From the NCBI RefSeq assembly GCF_001194135.2, contig NC_068983.1, positions 159,150,914-159,214,913 of the forward strand: 64,000 nucleotides of DNA. Reading direction: 5' to 3'. The translations under genes were made by a program, and so were the position numbers. Source of the DNA: Octopus bimaculoides (Eukaryota). The notes beneath the pieces were generated by a model, which did no database searches, had not been told where the DNA came from, and saw only the letters and a program-made list of their open reading frames with translations. How positions within the stretch are numbered: position 1 is the first letter of the stretch; each line of letters begins with the position of its first letter. This document shows positions 1 through 12,618 of the stretch, in pieces.

Positions 1-256
1 TGTTTCGAGTCGCTTTGGCTGCAGAGTTTTCTTTTTTGTACTCATAAAGCATTATGTGCTTTAAATACTTCCATGTTAGAAACGGTTTTAATCAAAGAAA
101 TTTTAATTTTATTATTCTGTAAAATAATATTTAATTAATTTAAATGTACACAAATGCATAAAAATAATTTTTATTCCATTAGACATTCTAAAATACTATT
201 AAATTTCCTTCACTTTTAAAAAAGGTAAAATCAGACAGAACTTATGGGATGACCTG
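1..256. mobile_element. Probable right end of a Tc1/mariner-type element
   Basis: Ends ..GACAGAACTTATGGGATGACCTG, abutting a TA repeat. Its partner TIR would lie outside the window. Confidence 0.3.
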
Positions 257-304
<48 letters not shown>

Positions 305-604
305 GTGTGTGCACGCATAGATACATGGTTTCCCTTTTGCAAAACTTAATTTATGATGGTTCTACAATGTGATACTTGAGTTATTTAAACAGACTTATCA
401 CTAAGCTATGAAATTCTAAACTAGCTAGGATATGTACACTCGCACAAACATTCCCCACACCCTAATACACATATACACGCACGGATATGCGTACGTGTCT
501 GTACATATATAAACATGTGCGCGCGCGCATGTGTATGTCTGTGCGTTTGAACATGTTTTATATACGTATATATGTATATTTGTCTAATCTACTTGCGTAT
601 ACAC

Positions 605-661
<57 letters not shown>

Positions 662-1435
662 TAGAAATGTTTTTGTGCATATATATGAGAATGTATACGC
701 AAACAGTGAAGAGCAGTTCTTTCAGTAGATGGTCATGTCAATTATTCTGACATGCTCCCCTCATTAGAACTGGAATGAGAAATGTATTCTTTGCCGAGCA
801 GAAACGCTAACAGAATAGCGAAAGCCAAAGTTCCATTGAACTAAAATTATACTGCATTACTCACAATTCTTGTACATTAGTCGTTTCGTGCTTGTCAAAT
901 ATAATTCTGCAAACAACCGGATGATTCCGCGTAACTATATCATCTATATCCACAGCGCAAAATCCAACGGTTGGAAAAATCCTCAGATCTGCCACGAAGA
1001 TCAATGATTCTAGTGAAGTTCACTTTAATAGTGTTATAAGCTCCCGAAGAAAGCAATATAATAGGGAAATTACTACATTGCTTTCCTAGGGAGCTACATG
1101 CATAAACCAGCTTATATAAACCAGTTCTGGGCCTCTCTAGATCTGTGGTCTTCTCAGGCAGCTACCTAGTATGCCTATGTAGAGTGGTTGGCTTTTATTC
1201 CATACTCACTTCCAGGCTTTCTCTCTAGGACACTTGCCGGTGAAGTAGCGAGCTTGACAGAACTGTTCTTCTTTGTGTTTTCTACCGTGATATGGGTTCA
1301 TTTGGTACTGCAGGTTTTCTTTGAAAACATCCATATCTACACCTCGGGGAGCTCTCTACCTTCTACTCTCTTTCCCGCTCTCTCTCTGTCTCTCTTTCCC
1401 TATCTTTTCCCCTCTCTCTGTATATACATACGTAC

Positions 1436-1501
<66 letters not shown>

Positions 1502-1513
1502 NNNNNNNNNNTC

Positions 1514-1580
<67 letters not shown>

Positions 1581-3226
1581 TGACGGGCTTTCACATAATT
1601 TCAGTCAATAAAATTCCTTCGCAAAGCATTAACTGACATGGAGCTATAGTAGAAGACACTTGTACAAGGTGACATGTGTGATGGCACTCAACTGGAAACT
1701 ACTTAGTTACAAAGGGAACTTAGATTTTTTGCCTCTTTATCATATAACATGTAGTGTCTCAGATATACCAAACTTAAATTTGAGATACTATTTTACTAGA
1801 GACACAAGGTGCTGCATGAGGTTATAACACCTGTATTGTACTATGGGATGTTAAGCTTTGATCATATCCTTTTTGTTTTTATAACGTTTGTCGATTTTCT
1901 GTAAAGCAGAGAGAGACTCCCGGCGCACCGATTATGCTAACTTGCAGGAGCTACGTGACATAATTTATGTATATTTATGCGCAACTGTAACCACGAACAC
2001 GAACCAACTACTATATCTACATGTATAAGATCTACAGCAAACCAGTTCAATACACGATACAACCAATAAACGCATACTTTTCGCAACTCAAAGAGGAAAA
2101 ATGATGCGTCACTATCCACATACACATGGAAATTAGAATTAAAAATACTCCATTTAGCTTCATTTGGTAAATAGTCTCCCTCGCACAACCATACCGAAGT
2201 AACTAGAAACCCTGCCAATTTTGTACTAATGAGCAACATTCTAACGTTCACGGACCAGATTCTGAACGGAAACTCTGAACTAGTCTCACCATGCAAGCAC
2301 AAAATCTCAAAAACACTAAAGCATTTTAAACCAATCATTTTTTCTGATGGCTGAACATGTTAATATCTCACCAACTCTCTCCATCTGCCTACACCATAAA
2401 TTATCTTTATAATATTCATGAAAACACACTTTCCAGCTTTACACTAAACAAATATTCTATAAATTATCTAAAAGTTTCTCTCCAACAATAATTCCCACAA
2501 AAGATTTTCTAGTATATTACCACAGACCTACATTCGCATAAATGAAACATATATTTGTATTAAAGCAAGCTGGAAGGCATCTTTCTTTTTTAATTAATAC
2601 CTTTTCTTTTCTTTTTTAAATTTAAAATTTAAAAATTTTTAATTTTTAAAGCTTTTTTTAAAAATCAAAATGAAGTTTATTTTTATTCCCATTTTTATAC
2701 ATGAATATGTATAAATATGTATGCCCACTTTCGCATATATCCAGAGGCCTAAAATAATACATTATAGAATACTCACATTTGAAACAGGATGGAAGAAATA
2801 TTTATAAACACATTACCCACAAACTGTACCGCTATAAAATACAAGGGTTAAAATCTTTATATACTAACCAAAATGCATATAGAACAATGAACACCTAAAG
2901 AGAAACATAAACTAACAATCTTTACTCCTACTCAGATTATTTTGGGAACATCAAAGCGCAAGATAAACAAATTTCTGTACTAAAACTATGACCTACCTGA
3001 CAATAACCCCTACCATCCAAATAAAAACAGGAAATATCCTAAGCAACAACAACAAATAAAGAAACTGGCCAGCTAAAACTTACTACTTACATTCTTTTGT
3101 GAACCCCTTAGAAACAATAGGGAAGAAGTGGATCAAAGAACAGTCATGGGTAGTCATGATGGGTATACGGGGCTTCGTATATTTTACCCCAGTGTCACTT
3201 TGATAGTATGCACTGCTCTCTCACTC

Positions 3227-3302
<76 letters not shown>

Positions 3303-3359
3303 AACGCAACAACACATACATATAAACGCAACAACACATACATATAAAACATGGACAAA

Positions 3360-3535
3360 TATATATAACATACAGAAAATTGCACTACTGGGTGCTGCAC
3401 ACATTCTACGCAAAACACTTTCAATATAGTAAACATAAGAGCACCACAGCAAACCACAGCACATACCCAAGGCGCACAGAGCTGCGCTCGGTAGTGAAGT
3501 GAAAGCACGTTATAAAAATAAAACTACTGAACAAT
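3360..3535 (+). mobile_element. 5'-truncated R4/Dong-type LINE 3' end
   Basis: Encodes NIQKIALLGAAHILRKTLSI*, a typical R4/Dong ORF C-terminus, followed by a 3' UTR and an (AAT)n tail. The UTR recurs at about 7280-7388. Confidence 0.7.
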
Positions 3536-3966
3536 AATAATAATAATAATAACAATAATAATAATAATCGGAATTTTTTTTAATAAACTCAGTACTTTTG
3601 CAACCACAAATTTCAAATATAAACAAACTGATGTAATCTACCCACGCATCTCCAGCTTGATAAATGTGTTATCGCCTGCATCTCACTTTAGTTGAAATGT
3701 TTATCTGGTTTACTGGGACAGTTACCTCGACATACTTTTCATAATTGTCTCATAGGGTTTCACTCAACAACATAGCATCTAGAGATAGGTTATTTTTGTG
3801 CTAAAATTTAACACAAGAAGATATTTCACCTTAGTCTAATGAATAGATCAGAAGTAGCACAAGTAGCATGGTTAAAGACGGTTAAGATAAGTGTGGGTAA
3901 ATCTCAAACTGTTGGATTGTTGGTTAGAAATGCGATTATATATATATGTGTGTGTGCGTGTGTGTA

Positions 3967-4014
<48 letters not shown>

Positions 4015-5078
4015 TGTGTGTGTGTGTGTATAAGTGCCTTCTGCTATAGTCTCGGGTCGATCAAAGCTTTGTGAGTGAATTTTGTAGACGGAAACTGAAA
4101 GACGCCTGTCGTACATATTCTTTTATTATTTTATTCTTTTACTTGTTTCAGGCATTTGACGTAAACACACCAGCATCAGTTGTCAAGCAACGGTGGTNNN
4201 NNNNNNNNNNNNNNNNNNNNNNNNNNNNNNNNNNNNNNNNNNNNNNNNNNNNNNNNNNNNNNNNNNNNNNNNNNNNNNNNNNNNNNNNNNNNNNNNNNNN
4301 NNNNNNNNNNNNNNNNNNNNNNNNNNNNNNNNNNNNNNNNNNNNNNNNNNNNNNNNNNNNNNNNNNNNNNNNNNNNNNNNNNNNNNNNNNNNNNNNNNNN
4401 NNNNNNNNNNNNNNNNNNNNNNNNNNNNNNNNNNNNNNNNNNNNNNNNNNNNNNNNNNNNNNNNNNNNNNNNNNNNNNNNNNNNNNNNNNNNNNNNNNNN
4501 NNNNNNNNNNNNNNNNNNNNNNNNNNNNNNNNNNNNNNNNNNNNNNNNNNNNNNNNNNNNNNNNNNNNNNNNNNNNNNNNNNNNNNNNNNNNNNNNNNNN
4601 NNNNNNNNNNNNNNNNNNNNNNNNNNNNNNNNNNNNNNNNNNNNNNNNNNNNNNNNNNNNNNNNNNNNNNNNNNNNNNNNNNNNNNNNNNNNNNNNNNNN
4701 NNNNNNNNNNNNNNNNNNNNNNNNNNNNNNNNNNNNNNNNNNNNNNNNNNNNNNNNNNNNNNNNNNNNNNNNNNNNNNNNNNNNNNNNNNNNNNNNNNNN
4801 NNNNNNNNNNNNNNNNNNNNNNNNNNNNNNNNNNNNNNNNNNNNNNNNNNNNNNNNNNNNNNNNNNNNNNNNNNNNNNNNNNNNNNNNNNNNNNNNNNNN
4901 NNNNNNNNNNNNNNNNNNNAGTTCAAATTCCGCTGAGGTCGACTTTGCCTTTTTTCTTTCGGGGGTCGATAAATTATGTACCAGTCAAATACTGAGGTTA
5001 ATGTGATAGATTGTTCTTCTCCCCACAAAACTCGGGCCTTATAGTAGAAAGGATTATTATTATTATTATTATTATTAC

Positions 5079-5115
<37 letters not shown>

Positions 5116-5199
5116 TATTTTTGTATTCTTCTATCATCTGGTTATGAGACTTCTGTGAACATATGCAATATAAGCCACCCATTCGTCTTCTCCGCTCCA

Positions 5200-5790
5200 C
5201 TATCCATGTGGTGTTTGTGGAGGAGGAAGAGTCCTCAGGCATCTCCTCCATAGGATCCTATCAAACATAACCGTCATTACACTTTCCGGTTGAATTTTCA
5301 AGTGTGACCAACTGAGACCATGGATGTTCTTTCAACCTACTCATACTTGGCTTACTCCAACGTCTCCTGCCGGTTGGCTCAGTTTGAAGAATCCGTCTTT
5401 CAATTCTTTCCCCGCAACGTTTTCATCCCATGTCCGTAGTACCTTTCAATGCAGAGAAGTAGCGGCTCGACCTGGAGATGCTCCCTGATCTCCGAGTTTC
5501 GCAGTCTGTCGAGGAATGTTATTCTCGAGATTCTTCGGAGGAATCTCATTTCGGCCACTAGTATTCGCGATGATGCTCTCTTTCGGCCATTACTCAACAT
5601 TCATGACCATAGATGAAGATAGGCACAAAAACCGAATTGAAAACTGTGTTTTGCTTTTCATTTTTTATTTCCTTTTTTTTTTTTTCTTTTTACCTAAGTC
5701 TCCTCTTCTGAGGATCGAATGTTAGAGCTGACGCAACTCTGTGGCTGTACCTGCAATTGCAGCGTCCATTTCACCCTCTAGCTTTCCATC
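5200..5790 (-). mobile_element. RTE-clade LINE 3' fragment
   Basis: Minus ORF reads RILVAEMRFLRRISRITFLDRLRNSEIREHLQVEPLL, the typical post-RT region of RTE elements. Confidence 0.7.
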
Positions 5791-6698
5791 ACTCGTCTAA
5801 TATATAGTTATTAGATGCTGAAACTTTATAAATTGTAAATCCAAGTTTCAGCTTCCAATAAACGTTAAACTTTAGTGTTGAGTGTTTATTTTATTCCTCT
5901 TCTTTATTGCATTGCGAAGGCATTTGAATGTTTTATGTTATTTATTTCTTAATATAAATGAACATTTTTGCAAAAACAGGCATATTCACATCACATATTC
6001 AAGACTCCAATTTTATTGATCAGCTTTATCGAATACGAAAGACAAAGCCCGATCTATTGGGATCCGAACGCTAAGATGTGAGCCTTCAAACCAAATACCA
6101 AGATAAAAAGAAAAAGAAAGAAAGAAAAAAAAAACAAAACAAAAGCAAGATAAAGAAACAAAGAAACAAAAATTCAATTCTCAAATAATTTTCCCTCTGG
6201 GATTCAAAACCAGAAGTCACGAAACAGTTGTGCACTTTCTAGACAAAAATCAATAAATGAATATCACATCATATTTAAGAATTTCCATTTTTATTTTGAA
6301 AACCTGTTCAGTTGGGATGAATATTTTTTGTTTCTAATATTTTATTATTTTCATGCAGATCATATTCTATTTCTCTGCCTTGATAATACATCGATTCAAG
6401 ATTTTCTTAGTACTGGGCTATCGTGGTTTTCAGTAGTCATCAGGATAAATCGAAATTTATCCGAGCATTCATAATTACAGAGTCAGCATTAATGAATGCT
6501 GGGAACGGTCGCAATATTTACTGATGGATGGTTAGATACACAGTGTGATATACACGATGATTTACAGAATCTATGTGAATATTTTTCTTCTCACACATGT
6601 AGTTGCAAGTAATATACGTATGTAGGGCTAGACTAAATAATAATAATAATAATAATAATCATAATAATAATAATAACAACAACAACAGCAATGATAAT

Positions 6699-6915
6699 AA
6701 TCCTTTCTACTATGGGCACAAGGCTTGAAATTTGAAGGAATGGGAGTAATCCATTAAATCGACCTCAGTGTTTCACTGGTACTTAATCTCTCGACTCCGA
6801 AAGGATGAAAGGCAAAGTCGACCTCGGCGGAATTTGAACTCAGAACCTGAAGACGGACGAATTGCTGCTGAGCATGTCACCTAACAAGCTAACCGTTCTG
6901 CCAGCGCGCCGCCTT
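6699..6915 (-). mobile_element. tRNA-derived SINE, family A
   Basis: Reverse complement of the AGGCGGCGAGCTGGCAGAA..GAGTTCAAATTCCGCCGAGGTCGACTTTGCC.. unit, which has Pol III A/B-box-like motifs. It is repeated at least 8 times in the window. Confidence 0.75.
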
Positions 6916-6925
6916 TTTGATGATG

Positions 6926-6989
<64 letters not shown>

Positions 6990-7245
6990 TAATAATAATA
7001 ATGATAATAAAATATAATAAATATAATAATATAATAAATAATAAATAATAAAATCTCAAATTTTAAAGCAAGCACATAATTTTCTTATGGTTTCTTAAAC
7101 ATTCACTCGAACAAAACTGTACAAATCCAAATATATGGTACCCTAGGCATAACACCTACATGAACTTCTAACTTGTTGTATCTTGAGGTCTCTGGGTGAG
7201 ACTTGGATCCAACTTGTACAAATGCAAAACAAAAGTCAAACATAA

Positions 7246-7279
<34 letters not shown>

Positions 7280-7282
<3 letters not shown>

Positions 7283-7382
7283 TCGGTAAATAAGAGCATC
7301 ACAAACAAACCACAGCACATACCCAAGGCACACAGAGCTGTACTCGGTAATGCAGTGAAAGCACGTGATAAAAATACGACTA

Positions 7383-7388
<6 letters not shown>
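7280..7388 (+). mobile_element. R4/Dong-type LINE 3' UTR fragment
   Basis: Closely similar to 3435-3535 (..aaaccacagcacatacccaaggc(g/a)cacagagctg..gtgaaagcacg..actactgaa). It lies between two (AAT)n runs. Confidence 0.65.
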
Positions 7389-7419
<31 letters not shown>

Positions 7420-7423
<4 letters not shown>

Positions 7424-9719
7424 TCCTTAACGAAACTACTAAACAATCAACACTACTAAGTAACAAGAGTAGAAGCAAAATACTTCGTAAATACAAAATT
7501 ACAAGACAAGGTATATCTGATGTAAAAGAATAGCTAAAGCAAGATATCCTCGCCAAAGCACAGAGAATCCGTCGCTATTAAAAACGCTAACGTTTCTTTG
7601 AACAGAACAAACAGCTCAGCTCCAACCCTAATAGATTCTACCAAGAACTTGACAAAAATAAAATAGAGATCAATGCAGCACCAACAGTAGAGAAGTGGAA
7701 GAATTCTGGAAAGAAATATGGTCGGTAAAGGAACAACCTCAGAAAAGATCTATCGAAATAACAAAACAGAGCACCTCAACAACTCTGGACCCCTATAACA
7801 ACTGAAGAGGTTATCCAGACACTGCAAGAACTAAGCAACTGGAAGACACCCGGCCACGACAAGATCCCCAACTTCTGGTTAGAATATCTAACAGGAGCAC
7901 ATAAAACATTGGCTGAGAAATTTAATGAAATACTAGTAGAGACAGAGAGAGTGCCTGAATGACTTACGGAAGGGAAAACTATCCTAATTTCTAAATCTAC
8001 TGAAACGGCAAACCCACAAATTGCAGATCGATAACTTGTCTCCCTACAATTTACAAAGCCTTTACTGCAATAATATCGCAGAGAATGGGAAAACACCTGG
8101 AAGAAAACAACCTGTTCCCAAAAGAGCAGAAAGGATACTACAAGGTCTCATACGGATGTAAAGATCAGCTATTGATCAATAAAGTTATAACTGAAGACAG
8201 CCATAGGAAAAAGACGGATCTAAGCATAGCTTGGATTGATTATCGAAAGGCTTTAATAATCATAAAATATATAAAACATTCCATGAATAAGTGGCAAACA
8301 GTGCTATAGCTCCAGACAAAAGAGGAACTCATAAAAACCAAACTATCCCCATTAGAAGACGTATATTCCAGGGAGACACACTCTCACCCCTCCTTTTCTG
8401 CTTGGCACTGACACCTTTATCTGACATGCTAAACAGAACTGGATGTGGATACACTTGTTATGGCAAAACAGTCAACTATCTCTTGTAAATGGAAAATTTA
8501 AAACTATACTGTGAAAGATAAACAGCTGGAAACATTAATACTAAGCAGTACATGGATTTACCAATGAAATAAACATGAAATTTGGCTTTAAAAAATGTGC
8601 CAAAGCAACATTGAAAAGACGAAAACTAGTTAAGAGTAAAGCAAATGAAATAAAAGAATTAGACCAAAGCGAGACATACAAATACTTAGGAATCAATGTA
8701 CTAGATATGATACAACATACACAAATGAAAGAGAAGATAAAAAAGGAATATTATATACGAGTTAGACTAATACTGAAAGCAAATTTCAATGCGAAAAACA
8801 AGATAATAAGTATCAACACTATAGCCGTCACAGTTATAAGTTACAGCTACAATATTCTTAACTGAACTAAATGAACTAACCAAAATAGACAGGAAAACAA
8901 ATAAAATAATAACAGGATTCAGGATGCACCACCCAAAATCTGACATAGAAAGGTTATATATACAACGTATTGAGAGGCCTTATACAGCTAGAAAACTATT
9001 AAAAAATAAACACTATAGGATTACAGAAATACCTACTTCAAAAGCAAGGAAAACTGATACAAATATCCATAAAACACGAACAAAACAAAAAAAAACTGTT
9101 TTCTGTCTTTAAGGAAGCTGAAAAATGCAAAAAAGAAGTCATAACAGCTATGAAGAATAAGAAGAAACAGCAAAAGCTGTAAAACAACTGAAATCCAAAC
9201 TAAAACTGGAACAGCAACGTATCAGGATGAAACGATGGCAAATATTGGGTTAAACTAAACAGAAAATAGACAAAGCAAAATCACAAGAAGCTCAGGATTC
9301 AAAGCAGAGACCGAAGGATTTTTAATTGCAGCACCAAATCAAGGCCTTCCCATCAGAAATCGTCAAAAATGCATAATGAAAAGAAATACAAGTAACTGCA
9401 GAATATGTGGTGATGGAGAAGAAACAATAAATCATATTGTCTCTGGCTGCTCAGTCCTGGCTAAGAAGGAATATATTCACAGGCACGATAGAGTTGGAAC
9501 CTATATACACTGGAAGCTATGCTAACACTGTGGAATAACAACAGAAAAAAGATGGTATAGGCACACCCCAGAAAAGGTCACAGAAAATGAGAAAGCAACC
9601 ATACCCTGGGATATGCCAATACACACAGATAGAAAAATCAAGGCTAATATGCCGGATATTATTTTTCTTGTTTTCAGAGATGACCAAGAAAAAATGCTTT
9701 CTAATCGATGTATCAGTGA

Positions 9720-9722
<3 letters not shown>
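7420..9722 (+). mobile_element. Degenerate R4/Dong-clade non-LTR retrotransposon (RT, CCHC finger, start of restriction-like endonuclease)
   Basis: Frameshifted fragments read KEQKGY..GCKDQLLINK..LSIAWIDYRKA and IFQGDTLSPLLFCLAL (RT), then KYLG, CRICGDGEETINHIVSGC..HRHD (CCHC) and MPDII (RLE PD motif). It is flanked on both sides by (AAT)n. Confidence 0.88.
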
Positions 9723-9796
<74 letters not shown>

Positions 9797-9799
<3 letters not shown>

Positions 9800-9990
9800 T
9801 CGAAAAATACCTGAGGAATGAGAGCCCAGGTTCGAAATTTCCCCAAGACACCTGATGAAGGCTGAGGGGTATATCAGCCGAAACGCTTAGGTTAACAACA
9901 AACAAGATGAGGACAAATATCCGTCAAATGTAAATAATGTAAATAATGTAAATAGTGCACATAATTCCTTATCTCTCAAACATATAACTG
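9797..9990 (+). mobile_element. Short Penelope-like (pLTR-type) unit carrying a hammerhead core
   Basis: Contains CCTGATGAAGGCTGA..TCAGCCGAAAC followed by (TGTAAATAA)x3. It lies between (AAT)n and (AAC)n and has no ORF. Confidence 0.5.
9847..9893 (+). ncRNA. Hammerhead-ribozyme-like motif (minimal type I, probably degenerate)
   Basis: CTGATGA at 9852-9858, an extra A, stem II GGCTGA (9860-9865)/TCAGCC (9874-9879) and GAAA at 9880-9883. Stem I and stem III pair poorly in this copy. Confidence 0.45.
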
Positions 9991-10011
9991 AATAACAACA
10001 ACAACAACAGC

Positions 10012-10053
<42 letters not shown>

Positions 10054-10442
10054 AAAAATAGTAATGATAACAATAATAATAACAACAATAATAGATTTTA
10101 TGCATATATGTATATAAGAAGGTATCTCAGGAATTATGTCCCTATGCATGGTATCTTTGAGAAATATGCTTTACTGTCCTCTTACTATAAGCCCATACTT
10201 TGAGTGAAATTGCATAGAAGCGGAAACTGTACAGAAGCCTATCGTATGTGCATTCAAGGTTCAAGCACTCTCACACACGGTTACGATGACTCTGCTTGAG
10301 TATTACATTTAGGGTACAAGTGTGTGTGTGTGTGGGGGGGATATTCAGCCATTCTGCATGGTGGTTAAAAAGTTAAATTGTTGAGTTGACCGAACAACAG
10401 AACATTTATCCGCCGTTCTCAAACAAGAGATCCATCATCATG

Positions 10443-10503
<61 letters not shown>

Positions 10504-11252
10504 ACACACACACGCACGCACGCACACACACACACGCCCCCCCCCACACACATACACGCACACACACTTGCAGACACATATATAACATAGAATAGTTATT
10601 TTATAGAAGCGACGAGAATATAAAAAGTTTAGTGTACAGACTTAATGCATTAATATCAAAGAGATAGGAAATATTCATTTCTCTGTGTCTATACATTAAT
10701 GAAAAAACGTCTAACACAATGTAATATAAAGTCAAGTCAAAGTATAGAGAAATGCGTCATATTTTTTTACAGCAAGACGAAATATCTTTTCATATACAGA
10801 ATTAAGGAAAGTGTTATTGTATTTTCGCGAATGTATTTTAATAAAAAAATATCATAACGATATATTAGACATGACATTTTTCATTGTTTAACACCATTAT
10901 ACAGCTAATGAATCTTTATGCATGGACCTGGTAAAGTTTGTTATAAAAAAAATGAAAAGAATCGTTGAATAGAAATATGCATTTCTTAAAAATTAATGTT
11001 TACGTTATTTTGGTAGCCAGAAAGTTTCATTTTCACACGATGAATCCTGCGGCATCTTAAACAGAGACTTTCCACTGAGAGAGTTCTCTGAGTATGTAAA
11101 TGAGAAATAATTATTTGAATGAAATTTCAGAAATAGATAACAAAACTGATGAGACAAATTCTAACTTGTCAGATGTAATCATGTTAGTAAAATTGATATT
11201 AACAGAGCATGTTTATATCTATCGACACTAGAAGAAAGGAGTTTCTACTCAC

Positions 11253-11434
11253 AAGTTGCTGCCACTAGTCGAGGTAGATATTCTTTCCAGAAGGCACATT
11301 CCTTGGCTCTCAAGCCTTTACCAGTCAATAAGTTATGCACGTTATCAGCATTCAAATATAGGTACTCTTTTTGTGCAGCTGTGTGAACTGGCCATTCTTG
11401 TAAATTTTGTTCACCCCAATTTTTGTTAGGGTCC
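11253..11434 (-). CDS. ACHE: Internal coding exon of an acetylcholinesterase/cholinesterase (ace-1/ACHE-like), C-terminal end of the catalytic domain
   Basis: Minus strand reads TGTTTCTTTATTCCAG|G GAC CCT AAC ... GCA GCA ACT T|GTGAGTAG. Translation is (G)DPNKNWGEQNLQEWPVHTAAQKEYLYLNADNVHNLLTGKGLRAKECAFWKEYLPRLVAAT. The GDPN, WP, GxGLRxxECAFW and LPxLVAAT motifs are cholinesterase hallmarks. Length is 182 bp, with a phase-2 acceptor and phase-1 donor as in vertebrate ACHE exon 4. The paralogue identity (AChE versus another cholinesterase-like gene) cannot be fixed from one exon. Confidence 0.9.
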
Positions 11435-12264
11435 CTGGAATAAAGAAACATTAATAATTATATTAAATAAAATAAATATATACATAGATAAATCAATAAA
11501 TAAAAAAGATCTATCTTCAGCAGGTTTCAAAGTTGTACAGTCTTTCATTGCGTTCACTCCGAGGACCAAGTGGCTAGGGCCGTTTGTGACACCTCGCAAA
11601 TGTGTGTCAACCTAGGTGTGGGAAAACCTCTCTACACGAACATATGGATTAATACAAGACTGTAGAATTAGTGTTTCAAAGTCCGGTCGCTGTTGTCGTG
11701 GTTCATCTGCAGTTGATTTCAACTTTGAATTTTCGACAGTTTGGGGTCTGCCTAGTTAGGAAGCGTGATTACATGAATGTTGTGCTGTTGCTTCTGTATC
11801 TTGTGATTTAAAACTCTTGCATAAATGCAGTTAAAAACATGGTGGAGCTGTTTTTTGTGCTGTTTATTATCTTTGGATTCCTGTAGCGTTTGTATGGCGG
11901 CAGTCAAGAGATTGTTGATGCATGACACCCATTCAGTCGTGCATTAATGGCATCGAACAGGAGTGAGATTTGCTCACACTGGCTGCTGCTCACAATTGAC
12001 AATGCAGCAGATGCTTCCTCGGATATGAACTTAGTGTATCTCGGTTTAAAGTTAAATCCTCATTCGATTAACGTTGCCATCATTGCCAATGTTGAGCAGA
12101 ACTACCTACAATACATCCCAGAACTTTATCAAAAACCCCACTGACACGTCTTACAGTCAATCGTAGCTGGCATAATATTTGAAAGGCATTAACTGGCATA
12201 CATACATACATACATGCATACATACATACATACATACATACATGCATACACACATACATACTTA

Positions 12265-12600
12265 CATACTGGAAAAATTAGGGTTCTCAAAACCTGAAAG
12301 AAAAAGGCTGATTAGAAGACTACAGATTCAAGCCATCAATGGAACTGTAAAGATATGTAAAACTTTCCAAAAATTTAGCACATAAATACATATGCATGCA
12401 TCTAGACATAAAAACGCATCCATAAAACAAACATACAAATCTGCGCATACACTAACACCAAATACTGCACACACACACACATATGCACAAATACCTAGAT
12501 GATGTTGATAAAAGTTCCAATGAAGGAGCCTTGAATCTATGTTAGAGTCCGGCTCTTTCTCTATGGACAAGAAATACAGAAATGAAACTGATTGATAACA
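12265..12600 (+). mobile_element. 3' end of an RLE-type (R4/Dong-like) LINE embedded in (TACA)n
   Basis: Encodes LEKLGFSKPERKRLIRRLQIQAINGTVKICKTFQKFST*, then a 3' UTR. Both flanks are (TACA)n. Confidence 0.6.
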
Positions 12601-12618
12601 TACATACATACATACATA

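Noticed and set aside
1195-1400. Strong donor-like GAA|GTGAGTAT on the minus strand with an upstream open frame ([10 protein letters not shown]..)
   Set aside because: No acceptor or recognisable protein family. It is probably a repeat relic.
2320-2440. Minus frame reading WKVCFHEY, superficially like the AChE T-peptide (WKxxFHxW)
   Set aside because: A stop lies two codons upstream, there is no phase-1 acceptor, and the aromatic periodicity is not kept.
4071-5028. Long ORFs of 200-500 aa in the track (also about 26000, 29829, 38336, 40392, 43152, 49499 and 60877)
   Set aside because: They consist of X residues from N gaps plus dinucleotide-repeat translations (YIYI, THTH, SLSL, ERER), so they are artefacts.
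11500-12160. Coding-like stretches with stops (also 1930-3140, 24150-24420 and 42180-42780)
   Set aside because: Probably old LINE relics, but I could not assign diagnostic motifs.
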